A DNA stretch of 64,000 nucleotides from Candidatus Multivoradales bacterium (GCA_965223325.1 CBDCWI010000002.1:2048001-2112000); one strand, 5' to 3'; counted from the first letter of the stretch, positions 19,734 through 29,518 are shown. The notes: a model not told the origin generated them from the sequence alone. Program-made: numbers and translations.

Positions 19734-22340
19734 GTGAAACCTGTCTCCCATGTGCGACGACCCCAACGTGCGGCCGCCCTTCGTGTCTCCTTTGTACTCC
19801 TTCTGCTGACCGCACACCTCCTGGCCGCCGCACCACCGGCCTCAGCTGCGCGGGGTGAACCACGACTGCGCACCCTCTGGGAAGACTGGCTGGTTTCCGT
19901 TGAGCACATCCTGAAGAGCGACGAGCGCGCCGCGTTCGAGGCGCTCGTCGACACCCAGGATCGCGAGCGTTTCGTGCGTGCTCTGTGGCTGGACCGCGGC
20001 GAACGCATCCACCGGAGGTGGGCGGAGAACGAAGCGGCCGCTGTGGCTCTCCGCAGCCTGTCGCCCGAGCGTGCGCTCGCTGTACGTCTGGCCGGGAAGC
20101 CACGCGAAATCGAACGCGTCCCGGCGTGCGATCGAGAACTGCGGCCACTCGAGATCTGGCACTACTCCGGCTGGACAGTGGCGCATCAGACCGGGGTCAG
20201 AGGTGCCGACACCGCTCCGGAAGGCGAGACCCCGGGCTTCAATCTGGTCTTCGTTCAGTCGAGCACGCTCGACATGCGCTCCTTTAGGTGGTGGCACCCG
20301 GCCCTCCCGGTCCAGGACTTGAGCTTCGCCACCCTCGATCGCACCGAAGCCGACGACAACGCACTGACGCACCTCATTACGAGAGTCAACGCCCTGCGGT
20401 GCCTTGCGCCGGCCCGGGCGGAGCGCATCCTGGGACTGCTCGAAACGGCGCTGTCGCGCAACCAACTCGAGAGCCGCATGCCATGGCCACGAACGCGACA
20501 GGGAAGCGACGACCTGTCGCTGTCCACGCGGGTCAAAGAGCGCCATCCCGGAGTCGAGCTGCCCGGTGCTCTCCGGGTCGACTTCCCCGGCCGCTACGGT
20601 CAGGCAACGATGGTGCTCGCCGGCCAGGTTGAACTGCCGGCCGCCGTGTTCCAGCGCACCAGGAGCGGTCGACTCTTCGATCGCATCACACTCACCGGCG
20701 ACATCTACCGCGGGAGTCGTCTCGTCGACAGCTTCGAGATCGTGCACCTGGTCTCCGGAGGTCTGCCGCGCCAGAACGAGTTGGCCCTCGACTTTTATCG
20801 CACCCTCCGGCCAGGCAGCCACGAACTCGACTTGCGGGTCACGAACTCCGGCGATCTGCCTCTTCTGCGTGTCCGCCGCCCGCTCGAAGTGCCCACACTC
20901 GCCGACACCGCGCCGCAGCCGGCGGGGCGTCTCGCCGGTTTCGCACAGCTCGCGCGCAGCGAGGTTGTGCTCTTGACGACATTTCCGACGCTCGAGCTCC
21001 TGCCACCGGTGGGGCGCCTCGGGCAGCGAGCCACCCTCGAGGCGATGACCACCGGCGGCCCCATCAGAGCGGTGGTTTTCCGTCCCACTGACGGCGGCGC
21101 CGAGATCCGCGACTCCGAGCCACCCTGGACGACTGAGGTCACCCTGCCGGTGGGTTCCGAAGAAAGCCGCTGGACAGCGATCGCACTCGACGCCGAGGGT
21201 CGCGAGCTGGCGCGCGACGAAACCAGGGTACGCGCTGCCGGGCAGCCCTTCGCGGTCGACTTCAAGGTCGGCAATGACACCGGCCCGGAGGACACGGCGG
21301 AAAGCGGCGACCTGGTTGCCACGGTCAGCGTGCCTCTGGAACGGCGGGCGGAAGTCTCGCGTTGTTTTCACCGCGACGCCCTGGTCGAAGAGCGTAGCCT
21401 CCGAGCCCACGAAACCGAGGGCGGAGTGCTCGAGGTTGCCTGCCCGCGCCCGCCCGACTCCAGCGTCACACTCACCTGGGTCCGCCTCGAGGTCGAGCTC
21501 GATAGTGGCGAGCGCGCCGAAGACGTCGCCTTCTTTGGGCGTGATGCACCCGAGCGGCTCGAGATTTCGCTGGTCGAACTCTACGTCAGCGTGCTCGACC
21601 GGCACGGCGCGCCCGTCCCGGGTCTCACTGCGGCAGACTTTCAGGTGCTCGAGAACGGAACGCCGCGACCCATCGCCCGCTTTGGGAACCCGTCGGACCT
21701 ACCGCTCGCCGTGGCGCTCATGATGGACACCTCGAGCTCGATGGGCCGCCGCCTGCGGGTGTCGTCGGAGTCGGCGGAACGCTTCTTCGAGAGCGTCGTC
21801 ACCGAGCGCGACCAGGCCGCGCTCCTGCTTTTCAACCACGACATCCGGCTGCCAGTGCCGTTCACCTCAGACAAGAACCGGCTGCGCTACGGAACGCTCG
21901 GTCTACGAGCGTGGGGTGCGACGCGCCTGTGGGACGGCGTGGTGTGGAGTCTCGGTTCGTTCGACGGCACCCTCGGCCGTCGGGCACTCGTGGTGCTGAC
22001 CGACGGCAATGACGTCGGCAGCGACTACGACGCCGCCCTGGTCGCTGACGCCGCACGTCGTGCCAGCGTGGCGCTCTATCCCATCGCGCTCGGTGACACC
22101 GATGAAGCAACGCGCGCCGCCCTCGCCGACCTCGCCCGCCAGACCGGTGGCCGCAGCTTCAAGGCTTCGAGCATCGCCCAGCTCGACCGCATCTACGAAC
22201 GCATCGAGGAGATCCTGCGTTCGCAGTACCTCCTTGTGTTCGAAGCCGAGGCAGACGGCACATCGTGGCGCGCGCTCGAGGTTTCGGTTACCGGCGAAGG
22301 CCGCACGGCGAGCGCCGTTGACGGCTACTTCTCGCGCTGA
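19734..22340 (+). CDS. GWxTD-like plus VWA domain protein (acidobacterial type)
   Basis: WLVSVEHIL..ER.AF..L....RE.F...W N-terminus, EIWHY, Ig-like middle, VWA with MIDAS DTSSSM, T and LTDG; start uncertain (19596-19752). Confidence 0.8.
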   Translation: MKPVSHVRRPQRAAALRVSFVLLLLTAHLLAAAPPASAARGEPRLRTLWEDWLVSVEHILKSDERAAFEALVDTQDRERFVRALWLDRGERIHRRWAENEAAAVALRSLSPERALAVRLAGKPREIERVPACDRELRPLEIWHYSGWTVAHQTGVRGADTAPEGETPGFNLVFVQSSTLDMRSFRWWHPALPVQDLSFATLDRTEADDNALTHLITRVNALRCLAPARAERILGLLETALSRNQLESRMPWPRTRQGSDDLSLSTRVKERHPGVELPGALRVDFPGRYGQATMVLAGQVELPAAVFQRTRSGRLFDRITLTGDIYRGSRLVDSFEIVHLVSGGLPRQNELALDFYRTLRPGSHELDLRVTNSGDLPLLRVRRPLEVPTLADTAPQPAGRLAGFAQLARSEVVLLTTFPTLELLPPVGRLGQRATLEAMTTGGPIRAVVFRPTDGGAEIRDSEPPWTTEVTLPVGSEESRWTAIALDAEGRELARDETRVRAAGQPFAVDFKVGNDTGPEDTAESGDLVATVSVPLERRAEVSRCFHRDALVEERSLRAHETEGGVLEVACPRPPDSSVTLTWVRLEVELDSGERAEDVAFFGRDAPERLEISLVELYVSVLDRHGAPVPGLTAADFQVLENGTPRPIARFGNPSDLPLAVALMMDTSSSMGRRLRVSSESAERFFESVVTERDQAALLLFNHDIRLPVPFTSDKNRLRYGTLGLRAWGATRLWDGVVWSLGSFDGTLGRRALVVLTDGNDVGSDYDAALVADAARRASVALYPIALGDTDEATRAALADLARQTGGRSFKASSIAQLDRIYERIEEILRSQYLLVFEAEADGTSWRALEVSVTGEGRTASAVDGYFSR

Positions 22341-23197
22341 CTTGGGTGCGGAGGAAGAGGCGCCAGGGTCACCCGCCAGAAGCTGAGGCCAAGGACCGGC
22401 CGCTTGCGCTCCTGGCGCAGGATGCGAAGAAAGTTCGCAGGCGTCTGGTCGGCGACGCGACCGAGACTCGCCGAAGCGTGGCGCACGACGCGCGTGCCGT
22501 CTGCAAGCTCGAAGAGGAGCGCCTGGTGGCTGATGATGACCGGCGACCACGGAACCGGTTGGCGCACGACATTGAGCAACGTTCCAGAAGGCACCTCGAG
22601 AAGGCCATCGCTGAGCTCCTCGAGAGGAACGTAGGCCAGTGGGTGCTCGCCAAACGGCAGCGCCTCGACCGGTAACTCGAGAGAACGCGCGACGCGGCGC
22701 TCTCGCCAGCTGCGCTCGTCGAGGACGTAGGGTGCAACCTCGGTCTTCTCCCCGCCGACTTCGTGGGTGATCTCTGCTAGCTGGTTGAGGGCCTCGAGGC
22801 CCGGTAGCCACTGCGCCGTCATCAAGTGGCGACGACGTTCGAACGCCGGCGCGCCGTCGTAGCGCAGGCGGTCGAGGACACGGCGAAGCGCCTCTTCATC
22901 GCTGGCTTCTTCAGCATGGACTTCGACCAACGCACGCGCAATCGCGGTCTCAACGAACGTCGTGCAGTCGAAGGCATCGAGACGCAGCCGCGGATCAGCA
23001 TCAGGAGCGGTGCCCGGACCCTCGCCGAGCGGCGACAGAACGTAGGGGCGGCCGAGCAGCGAACGGGTCGCGGCTTCGAGCCGCTCTGCTGGCCGAGGCT
23101 CGACACCGGGTTCAACCTGCGCCCGTGCCGCACCGCCTCCGGTGAGCGTCGCCAGCGCGACGCCAAGAGCAAAAAGGACGACGGGTCGCGCGTTCAC
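22325..23197 (-). CDS. DUF1460 / NlpC-P60-like N-acetylmuramoyl-L-alanine amidase
   Basis: Signal peptide, LLGRPY, LDAFDCTTFVET, RRH, ISHQ, RHAS; GTG overlaps the upstream stop. Confidence 0.85.
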   Translation of the reverse strand: MNARPVVLFALGVALATLTGGGAARAQVEPGVEPRPAERLEAATRSLLGRPYVLSPLGEGPGTAPDADPRLRLDAFDCTTFVETAIARALVEVHAEEASDEEALRRVLDRLRYDGAPAFERRRHLMTAQWLPGLEALNQLAEITHEVGGEKTEVAPYVLDERSWRERRVARSLELPVEALPFGEHPLAYVPLEELSDGLLEVPSGTLLNVVRQPVPWSPVIISHQALLFELADGTRVVRHASASLGRVADQTPANFLRILRQERKRPVLGLSFWRVTLAPLPPHPSQREK

Positions 23198-24708
23198 GCG
23201 CGCGGTGGTGCGCTGGCGCGCGCACCCCAGCCTGGTTGGTACCCGAAGTGCTCGCGAGCGGGCACGGAACGCAGGAAGCCATCGAGCAGCGCCCAATGAT
23301 CGAGCGTTACATCGGCCGGGTGGGAGACGCCACAGGCGCGGCTCAGTTGGAGTAGCTCTTTGCGCAGGGTGACGATGTAGTTGGCGCATCGGGCTGCCTT
23401 GTCGGTGGGGTCGAGCCCTCGAATCAACCACTTCGACTGCGTCGCTACTCCGGTTGGGCAATGCCCACTGTGACAACGCTGCGCCTGAATGCAGCCGACG
23501 GCTAGCATCGCCTCGCGGGCGACGTTGATCGCGTCGCAACCGAGTGAGAAGGCGAGCATGGCGCGCTCTGGAAAGCCGAGCTTGCCGGCGCCCATCCAGA
23601 AAACGTCATCCTGGAGCCCGGCTTCGGCGAAGATCCGGTAGACCTCAGAGAAGCCGAGTAGGAATGGCATCGAAACATGGTCGGTGAACGCCAACGGGCC
23701 GGCGCCGGTTCCGCCTTCGCCGCCGTCGATATTGATGTAGTCAACGCCGCGCTCCCGCCGCGACATCTGTGCCGCTAACTCGCGCCAGAAATCGAGCTGC
23801 CCGACGGCTGACTTGATGCCCACCGGCAGCCCAGTGGCAAGGGCGAGGTCCTCGATGAAGTCGAGCATCTGGTCGACGTCCCCAAACGCTCGATGGCCCG
23901 CCGGGCTCAAACAGCTCTTGCCAGCCGGGATGCCGCGGATCAAAGCGATCGCCGGCGTCACCTTGGCGGCTGGCAGAATGCCGCCGAGGCCGGGCTTGGC
24001 CCCCTGGCTCAGCTTGACCTCGATCGCCCGCAGGGTGAGATTGGCATCGACGGTGGCGAGGAAACGTTCGCGTGAGAACCCACCGTCGTCTGCGCGGCAA
24101 CCGAAGTAACCGGTTCCGATCTGCCACACCAGTTCGCCACCGTGGCGATGGTGTGGGGAAATACCGCCTTCGCCGGTGTTGTGAAGACAGCCGGCGATCT
24201 GGGCACCACGGTTGAGCGCTTCGACCGCGGGGGCCGACAGCGAGCCGAAACTCATCGCCGAGATCCCCACCACCGAAGACGGGTAGAAGGCGTGCTTGCG
24301 ACCACGTGGCCCACCGAGTTTCTTTGCGGCTGGAAGCTTGTACAGCGGATCGTATTCGGAATCGCCCGGCCAGGGCGCCGGCAGCGGCACGGCAGCGTGG
24401 CGCAGGATCGGGTGGTTGGACGCCATCTCGAGATCATTGTCGGTGCCGAACCCGAAGTAGTTGTTCTGCTGCTTCGCCGAGGCGTACACCCAACGCCGTT
24501 CGTCGCGACTGAAAGGACGCTCCTCGTCGTTGCCGGTCACGATGTACTGACGCAACTCCGGACCGACAGCTTCGAGCGCATAACGAAAGTGACCGATGAT
24601 CGGGAAGTTGCGAAGAATCGCATGCCGCTTCTGCAACAGGTCATAGAAGATGACAACGACGACGAAGGCGGCCAGCGCCCCCGGCAACATCCACCACCAA
24701 CCCGACAT
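23194..24708 (-). CDS. FMN-binding glutamate synthase family protein
   Basis: ISAMSFGSLS, NTGEGG, EVKLSQGAKPG, DGGEGGTGA, GCIQAQRCHSGHCPTGVATQ; AAGGAG upstream. Confidence 0.93.
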   Translation of the reverse strand: MSGWWWMLPGALAAFVVVVIFYDLLQKRHAILRNFPIIGHFRYALEAVGPELRQYIVTGNDEERPFSRDERRWVYASAKQQNNYFGFGTDNDLEMASNHPILRHAAVPLPAPWPGDSEYDPLYKLPAAKKLGGPRGRKHAFYPSSVVGISAMSFGSLSAPAVEALNRGAQIAGCLHNTGEGGISPHHRHGGELVWQIGTGYFGCRADDGGFSRERFLATVDANLTLRAIEVKLSQGAKPGLGGILPAAKVTPAIALIRGIPAGKSCLSPAGHRAFGDVDQMLDFIEDLALATGLPVGIKSAVGQLDFWRELAAQMSRRERGVDYINIDGGEGGTGAGPLAFTDHVSMPFLLGFSEVYRIFAEAGLQDDVFWMGAGKLGFPERAMLAFSLGCDAINVAREAMLAVGCIQAQRCHSGHCPTGVATQSKWLIRGLDPTDKAARCANYIVTLRKELLQLSRACGVSHPADVTLDHWALLDGFLRSVPAREHFGYQPGWGARASAPPRA

Positions 24709-24790
24709 CACGCACTCCTTTCCCGGCCGCACACTCTCCAAATGCGGGTCCTTCCGCTCCAGGCCCTCCCGGCTCTAGGACTCGCGCGTG

Positions 24791-25873
24791 TCAGCCTACC
24801 GCCTCGAGCAGGCGCGGGCGCACCAGTTCGCCGAAGCGAGTCGCTTCCTCATCGTGGGGATAGCCGGACAGGCAGAAGGAGTGGCAACCGACATCAAAGA
24901 AATCCATCAAGGTCTCGGTGACCTGATCGGGATTGCCCACTACCGCAACACCCGCACCCGGGCGAACAGTCGTCAACCCGGTCCACAGATGGGGCGTGAG
25001 GCGATGGTCTTCGATCTCTGAGAGCTCTTTCATGCGCTTGTTGGCTTCCGAGACGCTCCAGATGCGCTGAATCATGTTCTTCCAGCCCTCGCTGGCGTCT
25101 TCGACCAGCGCGTGCGCCGCCCGCCAGGCCTCGTCTTCCGTTTCGCGACAAACGATCTGTAGACGCATACCGAAACCGATCTCATCGCGGCGGCCATGTT
25201 CGGCGGCGAGGTCACGGATGTCGGCAATCTGCTGGGCGATGCGTTCGGGGGTGTCGCCCCAGAAGAGGTGCACCGCCGAATGGCGCGCCGAGAGCTCCCA
25301 CGCCTGCTTGGATCCCCCACCGAGATAGAACGGCGGCCAGGGCTTCTGTTGCGGGCGCGGTTCACAGCGGGCGCCATCGCACTGGATGTGCTTGCCTTCG
25401 AAGCTCACCAGCTCGTCTTCCGTCCAGAGGCGCTTCATCAGGGTGACCGTCTCCTCCATCACCTCGTAGCGCTCTTCCTTCGAGAGCGTGATGCCGTCGG
25501 CGAGCGCCTCCTTGTCACTGGCGCCAGCGATCAAGTTGATGCACACGCGGCCGTCGGTCAACTGATCCAGGGTTGCGATCATCTTGGCCAGGAGTGGCGG
25601 CGCGATGTAGCCGGGACGTGCAGCGACCAACGGGCGCATCTTCTCGGTACGTGCCGCGAGCACCGCGCTCGTCATCCACGCTTCCCAACAAAGGGTCTGA
25701 ACGGGAATCAGGATGTACTCGAAGCCGGCATCTTCGGCCGCGCGAGTAATGCGCTCGAACATCACTGGCGAGGATGGAATGTCAAGATCCTTCCGCCCGA
25801 AGGCACGCGTGTCGCCAGCGGTAGGTAGGAACCAGCCGAGCTCCAGCGGGCGAGCCGCCCTTGTCTGTGTCAT
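24791..25873 (-). CDS. LLM-class flavin-dependent monooxygenase (SsuD-like)
   Basis: WFLPTAGD, AEDAGF, LVAARPG, ATLDQLTDGR, LWTG, LSGYPH. Confidence 0.9.
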   Translation of the reverse strand: MTQTRAARPLELGWFLPTAGDTRAFGRKDLDIPSSPVMFERITRAAEDAGFEYILIPVQTLCWEAWMTSAVLAARTEKMRPLVAARPGYIAPPLLAKMIATLDQLTDGRVCINLIAGASDKEALADGITLSKEERYEVMEETVTLMKRLWTEDELVSFEGKHIQCDGARCEPRPQQKPWPPFYLGGGSKQAWELSARHSAVHLFWGDTPERIAQQIADIRDLAAEHGRRDEIGFGMRLQIVCRETEDEAWRAAHALVEDASEGWKNMIQRIWSVSEANKRMKELSEIEDHRLTPHLWTGLTTVRPGAGVAVVGNPDQVTETLMDFFDVGCHSFCLSGYPHDEEATRFGELVRPRLLEAVG

Positions 25874-25952
25874 CGCCTCGTAGCCTCCGTCGGCTGGGTG
25901 ACCGACTCCTGGGAATCCATCTTTGCGGGAGTCCGCCAGTGTAGCGACTGCC

Positions 25953-26543
25953 TCAGTCGCCACGACGAAAGAGCTTGGCGACCCGCTGAAGCGCCTCGCT
26001 GCAGCTCTGGCAGAAGGTCGTGCCGCGGGCGTCGATCACCCCGCGCACGTAGCCACGCTCGCCATAGCCGTTGAAGTCACCTTTCGACATGGGGCAGTAG
26101 CCGCCGCCCAGGGCAGGCTCGAAGGAGTAGTGATGACCGAGCCCGAAGTTGTGGCCGAGCTCATGAAGGGCCACCTTGATCAGGCGCTCACGTGCGCGCT
26201 CGCGGGAGTGTCCGGCCAGCCGGCGCGTCGACACCACCGCGACGTCGTTGCGGGTGTCCTTGCCACCGAACATGAACGACGAGAAGTCGGCGCATTCGTC
26301 TTCAAAGAGGTCCGCATCGGTGATCGCCAGGATGTGCCCACCGACGTCCTGGGCCAGGGCACCAGTCAAAAGACTCGCTTCAATGCGCTCGAGTGGCGGA
26401 AAGTCGTACGGCACCACCTCGAGCTTGCGGAGTACGTTGCCGAGCCCTAGGGCGATCGCACGCTTGTACAACTCGATGCGACCGATCTGGGGCGGCTCCC
26501 CGACGGTCACGATCTTGAGTCGAGACAGGTTTGATCCGAGCAT
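25953..26543 (-). CDS. Archaemetzincin-like (M54) Zn metalloprotease
   Basis: ITDADLF, AVVSTRRL, HELGHNFGLGHH, CPM, FCQSC. Confidence 0.85.
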   Translation of the reverse strand: MLGSNLSRLKIVTVGEPPQIGRIELYKRAIALGLGNVLRKLEVVPYDFPPLERIEASLLTGALAQDVGGHILAITDADLFEDECADFSSFMFGGKDTRNDVAVVSTRRLAGHSRERARERLIKVALHELGHNFGLGHHYSFEPALGGGYCPMSKGDFNGYGERGYVRGVIDARGTTFCQSCSEALQRVAKLFRRGD

Positions 26544-26578
26544 GACGACGATCCTCCGAACGGTGACCCTCCAAGAGC

Positions 26579-26587
26579 ATTATATCA
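26579..26587 (-). promoter_or_regulatory. Extended -10 promoter element (TGATATAAT)
   Basis: TGnTATAAT match in an AT-rich patch 36 bp upstream of the M54 protease start. Confidence 0.6.
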
Positions 26588-26703
26588 ATAACTTGTATTT
26601 CACCATTTTCCCCTAATCCCGCCCCCTGGGACCCACTCCGCACAACTCGCCATCCCACCGTCGCATTCCGCCACATCGCAGCCCCCAAGAGACACCACCC
26701 GCA

Positions 26704-26747
26704 CCCGGGTCCCCACCCGGGTCCACGCCCGGGTCCACGCCCGGGTC
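26704..26747. repeat. 4 x CCCGGGTC at 12-bp period
   Basis: CCCGGGT at 26704, 26716, 26728, 26740, just beyond the kinase stop codon. Confidence 0.8.
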
Positions 26748-26761
26748 TTTGCGGTGTGGGG

Positions 26762-28105
26762 TCAGGTGGTTGGTAGGAGGAGTCGGACTCTGGTGCCGAC
26801 ACCTTCTTTGCTCTCGACCTCGATACAGCCCTGGTGGTGACGGACGATGCCGAACACGGCGGAGAGACCCAGGCCGCGCCCGAGAAAGCGGGTGCTGAAG
26901 AAGGGGTCGAAGAGCCGCTCGAGGGTCTCGGCATTCATGCCTTCGCCGTTGTCGTTGACTTCGACGAAGGCGAACTCGCCGGCTTCGGCAACGTCGCCGA
27001 GGAGGAGCTGCTCGAGGTCGGAACGGGTGAGGGCGACCTGCCCTGTGCGCACGGCGATTCTGCCCCTCGAATCGCCGAGGGCCTCGAGCGAGTTGGTGGT
27101 CAGGCTGAGCACGGTCTGGCGAATCCGGGCGGCATCGATCTCGACGGCGAGAGGCAACTCAGGTGCTTCCATCACCAGATCGACGCGTTCGGGCAGGCTT
27201 CGCCGAACCTGTGGCCCGAGGTCAAAAACCAGACGGCCGAGGTCTTGCGCCTCGGGCACGGTCTCGGCTTTGCCCGCATAGGCGAGCAGCTCGTCGCAGA
27301 GGGCGGCGGCCGCGCCCGCCGCATCAACGATCTCATCGAGGGGGGCGCCAACGTCGTCGGTGTCCGGGCCGATGTGACCCCGCGCGACATCCACGTTGGC
27401 GCTGATCCTCATCAACAGGTTGTTGAAGTCATGCGCGATTCCGCCTGCCAGGATCCCGAGGCTCTCGAGCCTCTCGACCTCCGCCAACCGCGCCACAACC
27501 CCTTCGTCACCCGCACGGAGCTGCTGCTCGCGATCGTTCCTACGCTTCGACTCTTCCTCGAGTTCGGCCACCTTACGACGTTCTTCCGCCAGCGCGAGTC
27601 GAAGGCGAGACGCCTCAATCTTCGCGCGGTGGCGCTCGAGCGGGAGCTCGTGCGGAGCCAAGTCTGCCGGCCGCAGTCCCATGCCGATCAGCTTCTCGAG
27701 GCTCTTCGACGTAGGACTCCCCAGAAACAGGAGGCGGGCCGAATCTTGAGAGACCACGACCTGGCCCTCGAGCTCGAGGTCGTAAGCACGCAGCGCAACG
27801 ACGAAGGGAGCCCTCGTCAGACAAGCGAACGTTGGGTAGTCGAACCCCCCCTCCACGTGCGGGCGGCGGACGATGAAGTGGTCATCGAAGGCGGACTCGA
27901 CGGCAAGGAGTGAACAGCTCCGGACGATGCCCGGACCGAGCTGCTCGATCGATCCATCGGAGCGTAGGACGACGTGGAACGGGAAGACCTGGTCGAGCTG
28001 TCGCGGCGACAGACCGCAGCGCACCGCGTCGGGCGACGGAACGGCCGTCAGTGGTGAAACCTCGCGACGGAAACGGTGTGGAAGCTGGAAGTTCATGTTG
28101 CTCAA
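26762..28105 (-). CDS. Histidine kinase with HNOBA (H-NOX-associated PAS-like) input domain, no receiver
   Basis: LDQVFPFHVVL...QLGPGI, LEGQ, LFLGSP, L..MGL..ADLAPHE; H-box AHDFNN, DNGEG, FDPFFST, GRGLGL. Confidence 0.85.
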   Translation of the reverse strand: MSNMNFQLPHRFRREVSPLTAVPSPDAVRCGLSPRQLDQVFPFHVVLRSDGSIEQLGPGIVRSCSLLAVESAFDDHFIVRRPHVEGGFDYPTFACLTRAPFVVALRAYDLELEGQVVVSQDSARLLFLGSPTSKSLEKLIGMGLRPADLAPHELPLERHRAKIEASRLRLALAEERRKVAELEEESKRRNDREQQLRAGDEGVVARLAEVERLESLGILAGGIAHDFNNLLMRISANVDVARGHIGPDTDDVGAPLDEIVDAAGAAAALCDELLAYAGKAETVPEAQDLGRLVFDLGPQVRRSLPERVDLVMEAPELPLAVEIDAARIRQTVLSLTTNSLEALGDSRGRIAVRTGQVALTRSDLEQLLLGDVAEAGEFAFVEVNDNGEGMNAETLERLFDPFFSTRFLGRGLGLSAVFGIVRHHQGCIEVESKEGVGTRVRLLLPTT

Positions 28106-28210
28106 TGGTTTAGGCCGAGCTCGATCGGCTTGGTGGAGTATAGGAGGTAATAACCATCAAAACTCGTAAAAACCGCATTTTTCCGACAAAAATCCTCAAG
28201 ATGGGCCAAA

Positions 28211-28239
28211 GACCCAATAAAACCGGGTTTTCTGGGGTC
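28211..28239. promoter_or_regulatory. Imperfect 29-bp inverted repeat in divergent intergenic region
   Basis: GACCC-AAT-AAAACC-G-GGTTTT-CTG-GGGTC. Confidence 0.45.
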
Positions 28240-28651
28240 GGTTTCACTGTTCCCTCCTGGTAGCTCGCCGGGGTGGCGCAGATGCGCTTCGAATCCGAGC
28301 GCACCAGCGTCGGACTGCACCTCGTACATCACCCATCTTGTTGACGGGCCTTTTTCTCAAGGTTTTCTACGGAACCTTGCTTGAAGTCTCGTTCTGTGTG
28401 AGTCTCCACAAGACTCTGAGCTTTTCGAAGCTCAGGAATTGTTCTTCTTCATCGTTGTTTCCTATGACGTCCAAGGATCCTCAGTGTCAGCCTCCAACCA
28501 CAATCCTCCACGCCGGCGTCGGCCACCCGCAAGCTCACCGCGAGCCGGCGACGCCTCGCGTCCCGGCAACCAGCGGCCGATCCCCGGGATCGACCGGGCG
28601 CGCGCAGCCGACGATGGACTGGGCAGCGCGACCGAGGAGATCGCGTGGAAG

Positions 28652-29518
28652 ATGAAGGCCAACTCTGCGGTTCCCTTCGCCTCCTCACACCGGGAGCGGC
28701 GCGAGGAACGTCTCAGGCGACACGTACGGCTCCTCGAGGCCCGGCTTCGTCATGAACGCACCCTCCGCGAACGGGAGCGGTTGGATGCACTCGCTGTCAT
28801 GGCCGCCGGACTCGCCCACGATCTGAACAACCGCCTGATGCGAATCCAGGGGCATGCCGAGATCGCAGCGATGGCCGGACGGGGTGGCAACTCGCCCGAA
28901 GAGTCACTGGCCGAGATCGTCGCCGCCGCCTCGGAGGCCGCCGAACTCTGCCGCCGACTGCTCTCCTTTTCGGGGCAGGTCCCGATGCGTGCCGAAGATC
29001 TCGACCTCGACGATCTGGTGCGGCAGGAACTCGATCGCCTGCAGACGATGCTGGAGCCTGGCGTTCGCCTCGAGCTTCGGCTCGAGCCTGCCAACATCCA
29101 GGCAGACGCCGAGATGATTCAACGCCTCATCGCCGACCTGGTCGCCAACGCCGCCGAAGCCACCGGCACCAGCGGTACTTCAGTCGAGATTCGCACAGGA
29201 ACCGCTCTGTGCAGTCCCGAGTTCCTGGCAGCAACCCGACACACCGGACGCCTCGAACCCGGTCGATACGCCTACGTCGAAGTGCGCGACGACGGGCCGG
29301 GCATTGAGACCAGCGTACTGGAACATCTCTTTGACCCCTTCGCCAGCACCAACTTCCTAGGTCGTGGCATGGGGCTGGCGGCGGTCTTTGGCGTCGTCCG
29401 ACAGCATCGTGGATGTTTGGTGGTAGACAGCGAACCAGGGCACGGCGCGAGAGTTCGTGCGATGTTGCCGATGCAGCAACCCACCGAGGCCCGTCAGCTC
29501 GACCTGTTCGGCGACTGA
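28652..29518 (+). CDS. Sensor-less, receiver-less histidine kinase
   Basis: Coiled-coil, AHDLNN, NAAEA, DDGPG, FDPF, GRGMGL; start uncertain (28484 or 28652); ends ...RQLDLFGD. Confidence 0.85.
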   Translation: MKANSAVPFASSHRERREERLRRHVRLLEARLRHERTLRERERLDALAVMAAGLAHDLNNRLMRIQGHAEIAAMAGRGGNSPEESLAEIVAAASEAAELCRRLLSFSGQVPMRAEDLDLDDLVRQELDRLQTMLEPGVRLELRLEPANIQADAEMIQRLIADLVANAAEATGTSGTSVEIRTGTALCSPEFLAATRHTGRLEPGRYAYVEVRDDGPGIETSVLEHLFDPFASTNFLGRGMGLAAVFGVVRQHRGCLVVDSEPGHGARVRAMLPMQQPTEARQLDLFGD

